Origin: Myxococcota bacterium
GTDB taxonomy: Bacteria; Myxococcota_A; SURF-8
Length of the DNA stretch: 64,000 nucleotides
Direction of reading: 5' to 3'
Assembly: GCA_965140415.1 (NCBI GenBank)
Contig: OZ223209.1
Span: forward strand, 3,360,001-3,424,000
Shown one piece after another: positions 26,674 through 36,295 of the stretch. Positions within the stretch are counted from its first letter, which is position 1. The number at the start of each line of letters is the position of its first letter. The translations under genes and the position numbers were made by a program. Under the pieces are notes generated by a model. The model was not told where the DNA came from. It was given only the letters and a program-made list of their open reading frames with translations, and made no database searches.

Positions 26674-26750
26674 TGGTCGGGGCGACTGGATTTGAACCAG
26701 CGACCACCTGAACCCCATTCAGGTACGCTACCAGACTGCGCTACGCCCCG
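26674..26750 (-). tRNA. tRNA-Pro(GGG)
   Basis: CGGGGCG acceptor stem, anticodon arm CCTGA-ATGGGGT-TCAGG, GGTTCAAATCC T-arm, CCA end. Confidence 0.96.
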
Positions 26751-26754
26751 TATC

Positions 26755-27111
26755 CTAATTCAATCGATTTTCAAGATCTACAAGCCGTTCCCGAATGGAA
26801 CGTAAAACATCTACAGGATCAGGAAGAACGGTCTTTTCAACTTCCTGCTTATACTCACCAGCACCCTTTAATTCTCGAATCTTTTCCCGGGCACCTTCGA
26901 TCGTATACTTCTCTTCGTACAACAACCGTTTTATCAGCAGAATCGATTCGATATCCTTCCGCTGGTACACTCTCTGGTTGCTCTTGGATTTGACCGGGCA
27001 TACCGTCGGAAACTCAGACTGCCAATACCTCAGTACATAAGGCTTTAAATCCGTTATTCTGGCGACTTCGCCAATCCGAAAATAAAGTTTGTCCGGGATA
27101 TCAATCGGCAA
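26755..27111 (-). CDS. MerR-family transcriptional regulator
   Basis: IPDKLYFRIGEV...YVLRYW; conserved position after ihfA. Confidence 0.9.
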   Translation of the reverse strand: MPIDIPDKLYFRIGEVARITDLKPYVLRYWQSEFPTVCPVKSKSNQRVYQRKDIESILLIKRLLYEEKYTIEGAREKIRELKGAGEYKQEVEKTVLPDPVDVLRSIRERLVDLENRLN

Positions 27112-27140
27112 TTCGACTCCATATCACTCGAAGACTTGCT

Positions 27141-27419
27141 CTAATCTCCGTTCAGCACATTCTTCAGAACCTGACTGGGCTTAAACGTCAAAACCCGTCG
27201 CGAACTGATTTCGATCTCTTCACCGGTTTGCGGGTTTCTGCCAACTCTCGATTTCTTTTCGCGAACGACAAAGTTCCCAAAACCGGAAATCTTTATTTTT
27301 TCGCCCTTTTCAAGCGTATCTTTAATGATGTCGAAGACCACTTCGACGATTTCCGCAGATTCCTTTTTCGAGAAACCGATCTTTTGATAGATGCTCTCGA
27401 TCAAATCGGCTTTCGTCAT
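27141..27419 (-). CDS. ihfA: Integration host factor subunit alpha
   Basis: MTKADL...KISGFGNF...GRNPQTGEEI...RRVLTFKPS. Confidence 0.93.
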   Translation of the reverse strand: MTKADLIESIYQKIGFSKKESAEIVEVVFDIIKDTLEKGEKIKISGFGNFVVREKKSRVGRNPQTGEEIEISSRRVLTFKPSQVLKNVLNGD

Positions 27420-27458
27420 ACGGTCCTCCTTGTTCAGTCGAACTCAACCCAACCTATA

Positions 27459-27806
27459 TTAGGAACGCACTTCGTCTACCACAGCCTTGAAGCCACTAGG
27501 ATCCGTAACGGCGATGTCGGCCAGAACTTTCCGATCCAATTCCACACCGGCCTGATGCGCGGCATGAATGAACTTGCTGTAAGACATGTCATTCTGTCTC
27601 AATGCGGCGTTAATGCGCACAATCCACAACCGTCGGAAATTCCGCTTCCGAACGCGACGATCGCGAAACGCATAACACAGCGCCCGATCCACTGAATGCG
27701 CGGCTACGGTGAAAAGCTTGCTGCGAGCGCCACGAAAACCTTTCGCCAGCTTAAATACTTTTTGGCGACGATGACGCGCTTTGTATCCACGTTTTACTCG
27801 AGGCAT
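27459..27806 (-). CDS. rplT: 50S ribosomal protein L20
   Basis: MPRVKRG...AKGFRG...FRRLWIVRINAA. Confidence 0.97.
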   Translation of the reverse strand: MPRVKRGYKARHRRQKVFKLAKGFRGARSKLFTVAAHSVDRALCYAFRDRRVRKRNFRRLWIVRINAALRQNDMSYSKFIHAAHQAGVELDRKVLADIAVTDPSGFKAVVDEVRS

Positions 27807-27823
27807 TTTCCGTAACTCCTATG

Positions 27824-28024
27824 TTAGCCCTTGTAGGGAAGAAGACCGATCAGACCACGCATATTGCTGGCATCGACTTCCGTACGCTTGCGCAAATTCC
27901 GGCAACGCTTGGTGGTTTTCTTCGTTAAAATGTGCGAATGAAACGCTTTCTTTCGCTTGACCGAACCCGAACTGCGCACTCGCAATCGTTTCGCCATCGC
28001 CCGGTTCGTTTTCATTTTCGGCAT
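27824..28024 (-). CDS. rpmI: 50S ribosomal protein L35
   Basis: MPKMKTNR..AKR...HILTKK; located between infC and rplT. Confidence 0.96.
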   Translation of the reverse strand: MPKMKTNRAMAKRLRVRSSGSVKRKKAFHSHILTKKTTKRCRNLRKRTEVDASNMRGLIGLLPYKG

Positions 28025-28043
28025 TAAATCTCTCCCTGGTTAA

Positions 28044-28568
28044 TTACTTCTCAGCCTTCGGGCCAACCATCATAACCAAAGCACGACCTTCCATTCTAGG
28101 TTGTGCTTCGATCGCCACGGAATCTTGAACTTCTTCCATGACCTTGTTGATAACGGCAACGCCCAGTTCCGGATGAGTAATTTCTCTTCCGCTGTAGATG
28201 ACCGATATCTTGACCTTATTTCCTTCTTCAACAAAACGAAGCAGATGCTTGACTTTCGTTTTGATATCGTTTGCCTCGGTCTTCGTCCGAAGCTTCACTT
28301 CCTTAATCTGTATGGTGCTCTGCTTCTTTTTCGCCTCTTGCTTACGCTTGTTCAGCTGATACTTGTATTTGCCGTAATCCATGATCCGGCAAACAGGCGG
28401 TTCAGCGTTTGGCGAAACTTCAACCAGATCCAAACCTCGGTTCAACGCTTCCCGTAAAGCAGCCTCGATAGGCAAAACGCCCATCTGCCCCTCATCCGAT
28501 ATCACTCGAACTTGAGAGGCGCGAATCTGCTCGTTTACGTTAACCTTCTTCTCTTTTCCTTTTCCGAT
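28044..28568 (-). CDS. infC: Translation initiation factor IF-3 (probable ATC start)
   Basis: NEQIR...LDLVEVSPNAEPPVCRIMDYGKYKY; GGAGG 7 nt before an in-frame ATC. Confidence 0.95.
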   Translation of the reverse strand: MGKGKEKKVNVNEQIRASQVRVISDEGQMGVLPIEAALREALNRGLDLVEVSPNAEPPVCRIMDYGKYKYQLNKRKQEAKKKQSTIQIKEVKLRTKTEANDIKTKVKHLLRFVEEGNKVKISVIYSGREITHPELGVAVINKVMEEVQDSVAIEAQPRMEGRALVMMVGPKAEK

Positions 28569-28626
28569 GGTTGGTCCTCCTGCTACGAAAAGAAGCATCC
28601 ACTCTTTCTCTGCGGGCAAAAAAAAA

Positions 28627-28701
28627 TGGTAGGCACGGGCGGACTTGAACCGCCAACATCCACCACGTCAAGATGGCGCTCTACCCTTGAGCTACGTGCC
28701 T
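28627..28701 (-). tRNA. tRNA-Val(GAC)
   Basis: AGGCACG acceptor stem, anticodon loop TTGACGT, GGTTCAAGTCC T-arm, CCA end. Confidence 0.95.
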
Positions 28702-28890
28702 GTTTTTAATTGCCAAAAAAGCATTCCATCGCAGATCAAGCGAGATGATTCTTTACCAGACACCCATAAACCTGTCAAGAAAAATAACGCAACTATTTTT
28801 ATTGAATGTATTTTCACAGCGGGAAAACCTACCGAAATTTCGGAGAAAATGGCCTTCCCGCTCAGAAACCACTGCAAATAGCTGCCTTAC

Positions 28891-29778
28891 CTAGTTGGAA
28901 TTATTCATGATTCCAACAAAATCATCACTGATTGCCCAGTCATCCAGCTGAAAATACAGAACCGAAAGATTGTTTAACATCATGTAATTAAAAGCTTCGC
29001 TCCGTTTGATCAAACCTCGCAAAAATGCACCCGTTTTGACGTTTTTCTCTTTCGCCAAAGCAGAAATCAAGGCTTTTTCCGGTCCAGCACCACGAATTCG
29101 AAGCACAAGGCGAGTTTGCTTGATCTTGGCAAGACTGGAAAGCTTTTTAGGGGGATAATCCGCAGGCAGCGACACTTCCTTTAAATGATTGATTTTTCGA
29201 AGCATTTTTATCTGCTTGGCATCTAACTCTTCTCCATCGGGCACCACAATCGACAGCTCATACTGCCGAGTTTCATTCAGCTTGGAAATCACATCCGGAG
29301 TGAAATCCGCGCGAGACACTTCAAAAACTCGTCGTTTAGGCCCCATACCCAGCACTCTTCCAATGAAGCCGGAGTCCAGTTTATCCTTTTCGATACGAAA
29401 CATCACATCATATTCCGGCAGCACCGCCAAGCGTCTCAGGTGAGCACGTGTAAACGTCATCGGAAGCATCAAACGGACAGGCTTACCGAGATTTGCCACC
29501 TGGATCAACAAGGACTTGGCAGGGAATGCACCCTTTCCATCGACGATCACTCCCGCATTTGCGATCTCGGAAATTTTGTTCAGACTAGCGGCTTTGATGC
29601 CACGCTCTACAATAAAATACTTCTGAATATGTGAAAACATCAATGCCTTGCGTTCTTCTCCGGCAGTTTTCGGAGAAAACTTCTTTTTCGCTTTGGCATG
29701 ACCCTGGGTGGCCCCAAAAGAAATGAAACCAACCATCAGTAGCATGATAAACAGACAAAGTCCCCGTCGAGCAAACAT
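28891..29778 (-). CDS. Exported hypothetical protein
   Basis: Signal-peptide-like N-terminus; 295-aa basic protein. Confidence 0.65.
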   Translation of the reverse strand: MFARRGLCLFIMLLMVGFISFGATQGHAKAKKKFSPKTAGEERKALMFSHIQKYFIVERGIKAASLNKISEIANAGVIVDGKGAFPAKSLLIQVANLGKPVRLMLPMTFTRAHLRRLAVLPEYDVMFRIEKDKLDSGFIGRVLGMGPKRRVFEVSRADFTPDVISKLNETRQYELSIVVPDGEELDAKQIKMLRKINHLKEVSLPADYPPKKLSSLAKIKQTRLVLRIRGAGPEKALISALAKEKNVKTGAFLRGLIKRSEAFNYMMLNNLSVLYFQLDDWAISDDFVGIMNNSN

Positions 29779-29798
29779 CCCAATCTCCTGTTTTGCGG

Positions 29799-32138
29799 CT
29801 AATTCAATCCCAATCGCTTCAACCGTTCTCTTCTTTCAAAGTAATATCCGACGTCAGGTCGGTCATTTGCAATATTATTCTGTTGATACGAATCATACCT
29901 GGTGTCATAGATTTCAATGCTTCTTCTACCATACAGATAGCGCCAGGCACCAACAGACAACAACCTTACACTTTTGCTCTGCTGGGAAGCTCCCATCGAA
30001 CTCCATAAAGGAGCATAGCCAAAAGCATATGGAACCAGACTTTCCGCATCAACCGACGAATCGATTTCTACTCCCAGCATCTGCAATACGGTCGAATAGA
30101 TCGAGCGCGATTCTATCACAGAATTCACGATTCTGGGAGCCCCAAATCCTCGCGGGTAGTAGATAATCAGGGGAACTCGAATCAGTTCGTCATACATACC
30201 ATGGCCATGCCCCATTTTTCCATGTTCTAAAAACTCATCGCCATGGTCAGCAACCAGAATGATCGCCGTCCGCTGCAAAATCCCCTTGCGGTCCAGTTGC
30301 TCGATCAGTTCTCCCATCTGGTCGTCATTGTATGTGATTTCACCATGATACAGGTTAACCAGCCGTCTCCAGTCCTTTTCCGCCAGTTTCACCTTTCCAC
30401 GGCTGATATCAGCGAGTAAATAGGCTGTCCGTGAAGGACGCACGATGCCGCTGTACGGCTCCGGGTCATATAAATGTAAAAACGGCTTTCTGGGATTGTA
30501 GGCTACATGAGGATCAATGGTGCCGAGCCACACGAAAAACGGCTTTTCCCAGATATTCTTTCGCTCCCACACAGGAAACATGGCTTTTAGCAGATATTCC
30601 GTACGATTCGGAAGCTGCTCACGAATCATGTTTCTTGAATAATCCCAGGCCTGGCCAAAACCGAACCGACTGGACACGTAACCGTTGGAAGAAAACGATC
30701 CGGTTACCACCTCTTTCCGATGTCGCTCGATGGCATCCACAATCATCACCGTGTCCGCAGTAGGCTTCGATTCCGCCTTCATCATGTTGATTTCCCAGGG
30801 ATATCTTCCAGTCATGATACCGGCCTGGGAAGGCTTCGACCAGTTCCCCTGTGAAATGGCATTTCGAAACACGGTTCCATTCTGCGCCAATGCATCGAAA
30901 TTCGGAGTGATAATCGGGTTGCCACTGGGTTTATAAAAGTTGATTTTATCCCAACGCAACGTATCGCTTAGAAACACGATCACATTATCCGGTGGAATCC
31001 ATTCATCAATCGGTTCCGGCGGATGGGCATTTTGCAGGTGAAGATCGATCAGTTCCACCGAATCACCGGAGCCGCCTCCCGTATGCCACAATTCCAGACG
31101 AATGATTTCTCCGACAAAATCGGACAAGTCAATGGAATACCAATAACCATGGTCCTCAAGCGGAAGCGTCAATGGCTTGGCAAATAACAATCGAGAGCGA
31201 TTCCCATGTTCGACCTTTACAAGCAAGGCTGCCGCTTTACTTGAATCCTCATGTCTTTTATATTGCAGACGCCATCTTAGAAACATCTTCATCGGTACAT
31301 GCAAATGGTAGCTGATTCCACTTTCGCTACCTAGCCGTAGCCTATCGCCATTGTTGTGAAAGGAAGCCTCTTGCACAGGCAATTTCACTTCACTGCCAGA
31401 CGGCATCTCCCCCTCTTGAGACCCAGCGACGTCATCGGCACGAAACCGAATGTAATCCAGCATGGGTTGTGGACCACTTCCATCGCTTCGAATCGCTACC
31501 TTATAATAGCCGGAAAGCGCTCCAAGAGGCAGGCTCGTCCGTTGCCACCCCTCCCCTTTCATCTCGATGACAAGCTCCGGCTTCCCGTCCCCGACATCAA
31601 CGCTCAAGCGCCTTTCTCCTCCGCGCTTAAACGATCTGACTTCCAAGGTATAGTGTTCATTTTCAGGAAGGAAAACAGAGAGAGTAGCCCTTTTGCCGGT
31701 CAGAGACTGGGTTTGGCTGTTATCGTCTTGTCTTTTCGTCTTAGACCATTGGCGAGAATTGCTTCGGCGTTGAAATTCCGGCGAGCCGATATCGAGAAGC
31801 AAGCCATGGTCGAAGTAGTCTGCATAATCGAGTAACTCGATCAGAGACTGCTTGTTCGCCTGCTGATAATCCAATTTGATCGGTTTGTAAGAAGAACGCG
31901 GGGCGCTTTCCGAAGAACTCCCACCCTGTTGAGTTAAAATGGGTGGCCGAGGAATCTCCAGTTCACCGGCACGTTGAGGGGTCAAGGAGTGATAAGAAGA
32001 ATCATGCTGCGGTAACCCGCGAGCATTGGCGTGTTCCATCGATAGCAACGGCAACAGAAGAGCAAACAACATGACAACAACGAAAGCACTTCGATTCCGA
32101 TAGGTGATTTTGCTTCCGCTCCGGATCTCTGCCTCCAT
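29799..32138 (-). CDS. Exported sulfatase/alkaline-phosphatase-superfamily protein
   Basis: NVIVFLSDTLR, WSKPS, DPHVAY, ADHGDEF.EHG and LIRVPLII motifs. Confidence 0.85.
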   Translation of the reverse strand: MEAEIRSGSKITYRNRSAFVVVMLFALLLPLLSMEHANARGLPQHDSSYHSLTPQRAGELEIPRPPILTQQGGSSSESAPRSSYKPIKLDYQQANKQSLIELLDYADYFDHGLLLDIGSPEFQRRSNSRQWSKTKRQDDNSQTQSLTGKRATLSVFLPENEHYTLEVRSFKRGGERRLSVDVGDGKPELVIEMKGEGWQRTSLPLGALSGYYKVAIRSDGSGPQPMLDYIRFRADDVAGSQEGEMPSGSEVKLPVQEASFHNNGDRLRLGSESGISYHLHVPMKMFLRWRLQYKRHEDSSKAAALLVKVEHGNRSRLLFAKPLTLPLEDHGYWYSIDLSDFVGEIIRLELWHTGGGSGDSVELIDLHLQNAHPPEPIDEWIPPDNVIVFLSDTLRWDKINFYKPSGNPIITPNFDALAQNGTVFRNAISQGNWSKPSQAGIMTGRYPWEINMMKAESKPTADTVMIVDAIERHRKEVVTGSFSSNGYVSSRFGFGQAWDYSRNMIREQLPNRTEYLLKAMFPVWERKNIWEKPFFVWLGTIDPHVAYNPRKPFLHLYDPEPYSGIVRPSRTAYLLADISRGKVKLAEKDWRRLVNLYHGEITYNDDQMGELIEQLDRKGILQRTAIILVADHGDEFLEHGKMGHGHGMYDELIRVPLIIYYPRGFGAPRIVNSVIESRSIYSTVLQMLGVEIDSSVDAESLVPYAFGYAPLWSSMGASQQSKSVRLLSVGAWRYLYGRRSIEIYDTRYDSYQQNNIANDRPDVGYYFERRERLKRLGLN

Positions 32139-32145
32139 TTATTAT

Positions 32146-33504
32146 TTAGTTCAACTCCTGATCGAGTGCGAAGATGATTTCATCGGCGTAGGTGTCGATC
32201 TTTTCCGAATCCAAGCCTTCAACCATCACTCGAACCTTGTTCTCTGTTCCACTGTAGCGAACCAATACCCGACCGTCATTTCCCAGTTCGGATTCGATTC
32301 TTTGGATGGTCTGAGTGACGTTATCCATTTCCTGCAAAGGTCGCTTGTAAGAAACCACAAGATTTTTCAATACCTGCGGGTAGCGCGTCATAATCGAAAC
32401 CAACTCGTGCAACGAGCGCGAAGAATCGACGAGAATGCTTGTGATCTGAAGCGCAGCCAATACGCCATCGCCGGTGGTGCTTTTATCCAGGAAAATCAAA
32501 TGTCCGGATTGCTCGCCGCCGAAGTTGAAACCATTTCGCCGCATCTCTTCGACCACGTACCGGTCGCCTACATCCGTCTTAACAACCTTAATTCCTTCCG
32601 CTTCCATCGCCCGATCCAAGCCGATATTGCTCATCACGGTCGCGACCAGGGTGTTTTTGTTCAACGCCCCTTCTTCTTTCAGCTGTTTCGCACAGATCGC
32701 CATAATCTGATCGCCATCGACCACTTGACCTCTGGCATCGACAAAGATCGCCCGATCCGCATCGCCATCGAAAGCCACACCCAAATGAGCATCATACTGC
32801 AACACCAAGTCCCGTAATCCTTCAGGGTGCAGCGATCCAACCCGTTTATTGATGTTGCTCCCATTCGGTTCGACACCCACCGTAATCACCTTTGCACCCA
32901 GCTCTTTGAAAACTCGCGGTGCCGTTTCATACGCAGCGCCATGGGCACAATCCAGAACGATCGTCAACCCGTCAAGGCGACGTCCCCCCATTGTCCCCAC
33001 TAGAGACTCGATATATCTGTTTATTCCATCATGCCATAGGCGCGCCTGGCCGACCTGGTGAGGCTCCACATGCAAATCCGTGATATTGCCATCCAAAATG
33101 ATTTTTTCGATATCCAGTTCCGTAAGATCGGGTAATTTGAAACCGTCATCGGAAAAGATCTTGATCCCGTTATCCACAAATTGGTTATGAGACGCGCTAA
33201 TCACCACACCGGCATCGGCTTTAAGTACCTGGGTCAAGAATGCCACGCCAGGAGTGGAGATCACTCCCAGTAAGACCGCCTCGCTACCCACCGCACACAA
33301 ACCGGCGGACAAAGCCCCCTCCAGCATCGTACCGGAAATCCGGGTGTCACGACCGATGCAAATTTTGGGTGTGGCACCGGCATCATGCCCATACTGCCGA
33401 AAATAGCTCCCAATCGAAGCCCCGACCTTGTAGGCAGTAGGAGCATCCATCGGGTAAACGTTGGCTTTCCCACGAATTCCATCGGTGCCAAACAGCTTGC
33501 GCAT
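32146..33504 (-). CDS. glmM: Phosphoglucosamine mutase
   Basis: FGTDGIRG, VISASHN, FDGDADR, GGEQSGH. Confidence 0.96.
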   Translation of the reverse strand: MRKLFGTDGIRGKANVYPMDAPTAYKVGASIGSYFRQYGHDAGATPKICIGRDTRISGTMLEGALSAGLCAVGSEAVLLGVISTPGVAFLTQVLKADAGVVISASHNQFVDNGIKIFSDDGFKLPDLTELDIEKIILDGNITDLHVEPHQVGQARLWHDGINRYIESLVGTMGGRRLDGLTIVLDCAHGAAYETAPRVFKELGAKVITVGVEPNGSNINKRVGSLHPEGLRDLVLQYDAHLGVAFDGDADRAIFVDARGQVVDGDQIMAICAKQLKEEGALNKNTLVATVMSNIGLDRAMEAEGIKVVKTDVGDRYVVEEMRRNGFNFGGEQSGHLIFLDKSTTGDGVLAALQITSILVDSSRSLHELVSIMTRYPQVLKNLVVSYKRPLQEMDNVTQTIQRIESELGNDGRVLVRYSGTENKVRVMVEGLDSEKIDTYADEIIFALDQELN

Positions 33505-33546
33505 CGTTACACCTCAACAATTTGAATTGAATAAGGAAAATCGTCG

Positions 33547-34554
33547 CTAAGGAGCAGTCCCTTTTTTGATAGAGAGCTCACCTCGCATAATCACCAACCG
33601 GGCCGTATATGTCCCTGCTTTCAGTTTGACATCCTGTGGAAGTGTAGACAGATCGAACTCGACTTCACGAACGGTTTCCGTCCCGGCGACGTCCCCTTCT
33701 TCTTTTGAAGCATCGATGAAGGCTACAACTTGCTCTTCCGAAAGCTTGTCAACCGTCAAACGTGGTCCCATTACGGTTACTTGTATGGTCGAAGGCTTGA
33801 CCTGATGAACGTATTTCGTATTTCGGACAACCACGGGAACATTGTTGAACGTGCGCTCCGTTAAATCCTTTTTAATCGTCACCATCACCATAATGGGATC
33901 TTTTCGCGGGAAAAAGATGTTACGGGAAAGCCGAACGGGCTTGGCGGCAATCTGGAAACTTTCCTTTTTGCCTGAAACATCGATCTCTTCCGTAAGCACC
34001 TCGTCCACGATCATAATGTCACCTTCACCGCCCTCTACGGTGATACTCTCAGGATCGCAGGAAAGCGATTTAACGACATAACCGGCAGCCGTTGTTCCGG
34101 TCGTTACCGGAACAACGCGCACCATCTTGCTTTTTCGCACGGCCAGACTAATCGCGACTTCGGATGGATTGACCCGATTGAGCGTCAGGGTCGGTGGCAG
34201 GCGGAAACGATTCTCCTCGAAGTAAACCACAGACGGTCCCAACTCGAATTTCGAAAGATCAACGTTTAAGCGAAGGTTGTCGGTATCCCAGCCCTGCAAT
34301 GCCGCCCAAGGTCCGGAAACCGCAATCTTGATCTTATCCGGCACATCGGAAACCAGGAATTTCCCTTCGGGAACCATAAAGAAAACAGGCACTTCAACCG
34401 TTTTCGTAACGTCTTCATTTCCGAAAACAAAAATCCACAGTAATAGCGCGATCAAGAAAGAAAACAATTTCAGGCTTAAATTTTCCAACAATGACTGACG
34501 CAGCCACAGCTTGATTCGCCCAAACAGACTTGTTTTGTGGGTTCCAGCCGCCAT
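33547..34554 (-). CDS. cdaR: YbbR/CdaR-like diadenylate cyclase regulator
   Basis: N-terminal TM (NLSLKLFSFLIALLLW) with repeated beta-rich domains; between cdaA and glmM. Confidence 0.85.
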   Translation of the reverse strand: MAAGTHKTSLFGRIKLWLRQSLLENLSLKLFSFLIALLLWIFVFGNEDVTKTVEVPVFFMVPEGKFLVSDVPDKIKIAVSGPWAALQGWDTDNLRLNVDLSKFELGPSVVYFEENRFRLPPTLTLNRVNPSEVAISLAVRKSKMVRVVPVTTGTTAAGYVVKSLSCDPESITVEGGEGDIMIVDEVLTEEIDVSGKKESFQIAAKPVRLSRNIFFPRKDPIMVMVTIKKDLTERTFNNVPVVVRNTKYVHQVKPSTIQVTVMGPRLTVDKLSEEQVVAFIDASKEEGDVAGTETVREVEFDLSTLPQDVKLKAGTYTARLVIMRGELSIKKGTAP

Positions 34555-34555
34555 A

Positions 34556-35365
34556 TCAGGCCACCTTCCCCTTCGAACTGGCAACCGTAGACGGTCCCAG
34601 AGTGTTTACAAGAATCTTCTTTAACGTATTGCCATCCAGATCTCGGGTAATCCTTCCATCCATCACATACGATATCTTTCCTGTTTCCTCACTCACCACA
34701 ATCACCAAAGCATCGGTCTCTTCGGACACTCCGATTGCCGCCCTATGACGCGTTCCCAACTCGCGCGACAGGCGGGGATTATTCGAAAGAGGCAGGAAGC
34801 AACCGGCGTAGGTCATCCGTCCATTCTGAACGATAATCGCCCCGTCATGAATCGGCGAGGTCGGATGCATGATCGCCATAATCAATTCCCGCGTGACTTT
34901 GGAATCGATCGACGTACCTTCCTCCGTGAATTCCGTCAAATCGGCATCCCGCTCGATTACGATCAATGCACCAATTCGTTTGTTCGAAAGCGAGGTGCTG
35001 GCCTTCACCAGTTCCTCGATGAAAAACACCTCTTCCAATGTGCTGATGCCTTTGAAAAACGGATTTCGGCCCACACGGGACAAGCCTCGCCGGATATCGT
35101 GCTGAAAAACGACGATCAGGATCAAGATGAACGAGTTCACAAAGTAGTTGAGCATCCAGCCAAGAGTAACCAGACCGAGCCACTTCGATAAGGCAAAGGC
35201 CATAATCACAAGAATCAACCCGACCAGCACTCGAACGGTGCGCGTCCCTCGAATCAGCAATAAAACGCGGTAAACCGCATACCAGACCAACAGTAAATCC
35301 AATACTGTAATAAAGATTCTGCTTAAATCGCTATTCAGATTCAAATTGAGCAGTTCGTTCATCAC
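34556..35365 (-). CDS. cdaA: Diadenylate cyclase
   Basis: Three TM helices, HDGA and GTRHRAA motifs. Confidence 0.94.
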   Translation of the reverse strand: MMNELLNLNLNSDLSRIFITVLDLLLVWYAVYRVLLLIRGTRTVRVLVGLILVIMAFALSKWLGLVTLGWMLNYFVNSFILILIVVFQHDIRRGLSRVGRNPFFKGISTLEEVFFIEELVKASTSLSNKRIGALIVIERDADLTEFTEEGTSIDSKVTRELIMAIMHPTSPIHDGAIIVQNGRMTYAGCFLPLSNNPRLSRELGTRHRAAIGVSEETDALVIVVSEETGKISYVMDGRITRDLDGNTLKKILVNTLGPSTVASSKGKVA

Positions 35366-35390
35366 CGCCAGTTATTCCTTAGCAACGAGC

Positions 35391-36233
35391 CTATTTCCTG
35401 ATGATCGCATCACTTATTTTGCATACCCGAACCGATTCCAGGACGTCATGTACCCGAACGATATTAGCGCCGTTCAACACACTTGCTGTCACCGCCGCCA
35501 AAGTGCCTTCAAGTCGCTCACCTACCGGCAGGTCAAGCACCGCACCGATAAACGATTTTCTAGACGGTCCCACCAGCAGCGGGCAACCCAACTCTAGAAA
35601 TCGGCTCAACTGCCTGATGAGTTGAAAGTTTTGTTCGACCGATTTCCCGAAACCGATCCCCGGATCTAGGATGATTTTGTTTTTCTCGATACCGGCGGAA
35701 TGAGCCGCCTCGATTCTCTCAGCGAAGTATTGGAACACATCCTCCACCACATCATCGTACTGAAACGTCTTCTGCATCGTCTTCGGCTTATCCGCCGTGT
35801 GCATAATCACAACCGGAACCTTGCGTTCGGCGACAAGAGAAGCCATTTCCGGCTCGAACGTCATTCCCGAAATATCGTTGACAATATTCGCGCCTGCATC
35901 CAGCGCAGCGCGAGCCACCTCCACCTTGGTCGTATCGATGGAAAGAGGAACCGTTTGCATCGAGCTCAACTCTCGAATAACCGGAACCACCCGGTCGATT
36001 TCTTCCTTTTCCGATACGGAATCGCTTCCCGGGCGGGTAGACTCGCCTCCCACATCCAGGATATCTGCGCCATCCTTTTGCATTTGCAAGGCATGATCGA
36101 TCGCCGTTTTCGCATCGAAAAAACGTCCGCCATCCGAAAAAGAATCCGGAGTTACGTTCAGAATTCCCATCACGTACGTACGCAGATTAAAATCTAAAGA
36201 TGCGCACCCGACTTCCATACTCGCGATACTCAT
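35391..36233 (-). CDS. folP: Dihydropteroate synthase
   Basis: MGILNVTPDSFSDGG, GGESTRPG, DPGIGFGK, SRKSF. Confidence 0.96.
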   Translation of the reverse strand: MSIASMEVGCASLDFNLRTYVMGILNVTPDSFSDGGRFFDAKTAIDHALQMQKDGADILDVGGESTRPGSDSVSEKEEIDRVVPVIRELSSMQTVPLSIDTTKVEVARAALDAGANIVNDISGMTFEPEMASLVAERKVPVVIMHTADKPKTMQKTFQYDDVVEDVFQYFAERIEAAHSAGIEKNKIILDPGIGFGKSVEQNFQLIRQLSRFLELGCPLLVGPSRKSFIGAVLDLPVGERLEGTLAAVTASVLNGANIVRVHDVLESVRVCKISDAIIRK

Positions 36234-36295
36234 CGACTAACCCCGCCAATTTCCCTGCAAAATCGAACGTGTTAAAACGAAATTCGATTATCTGG

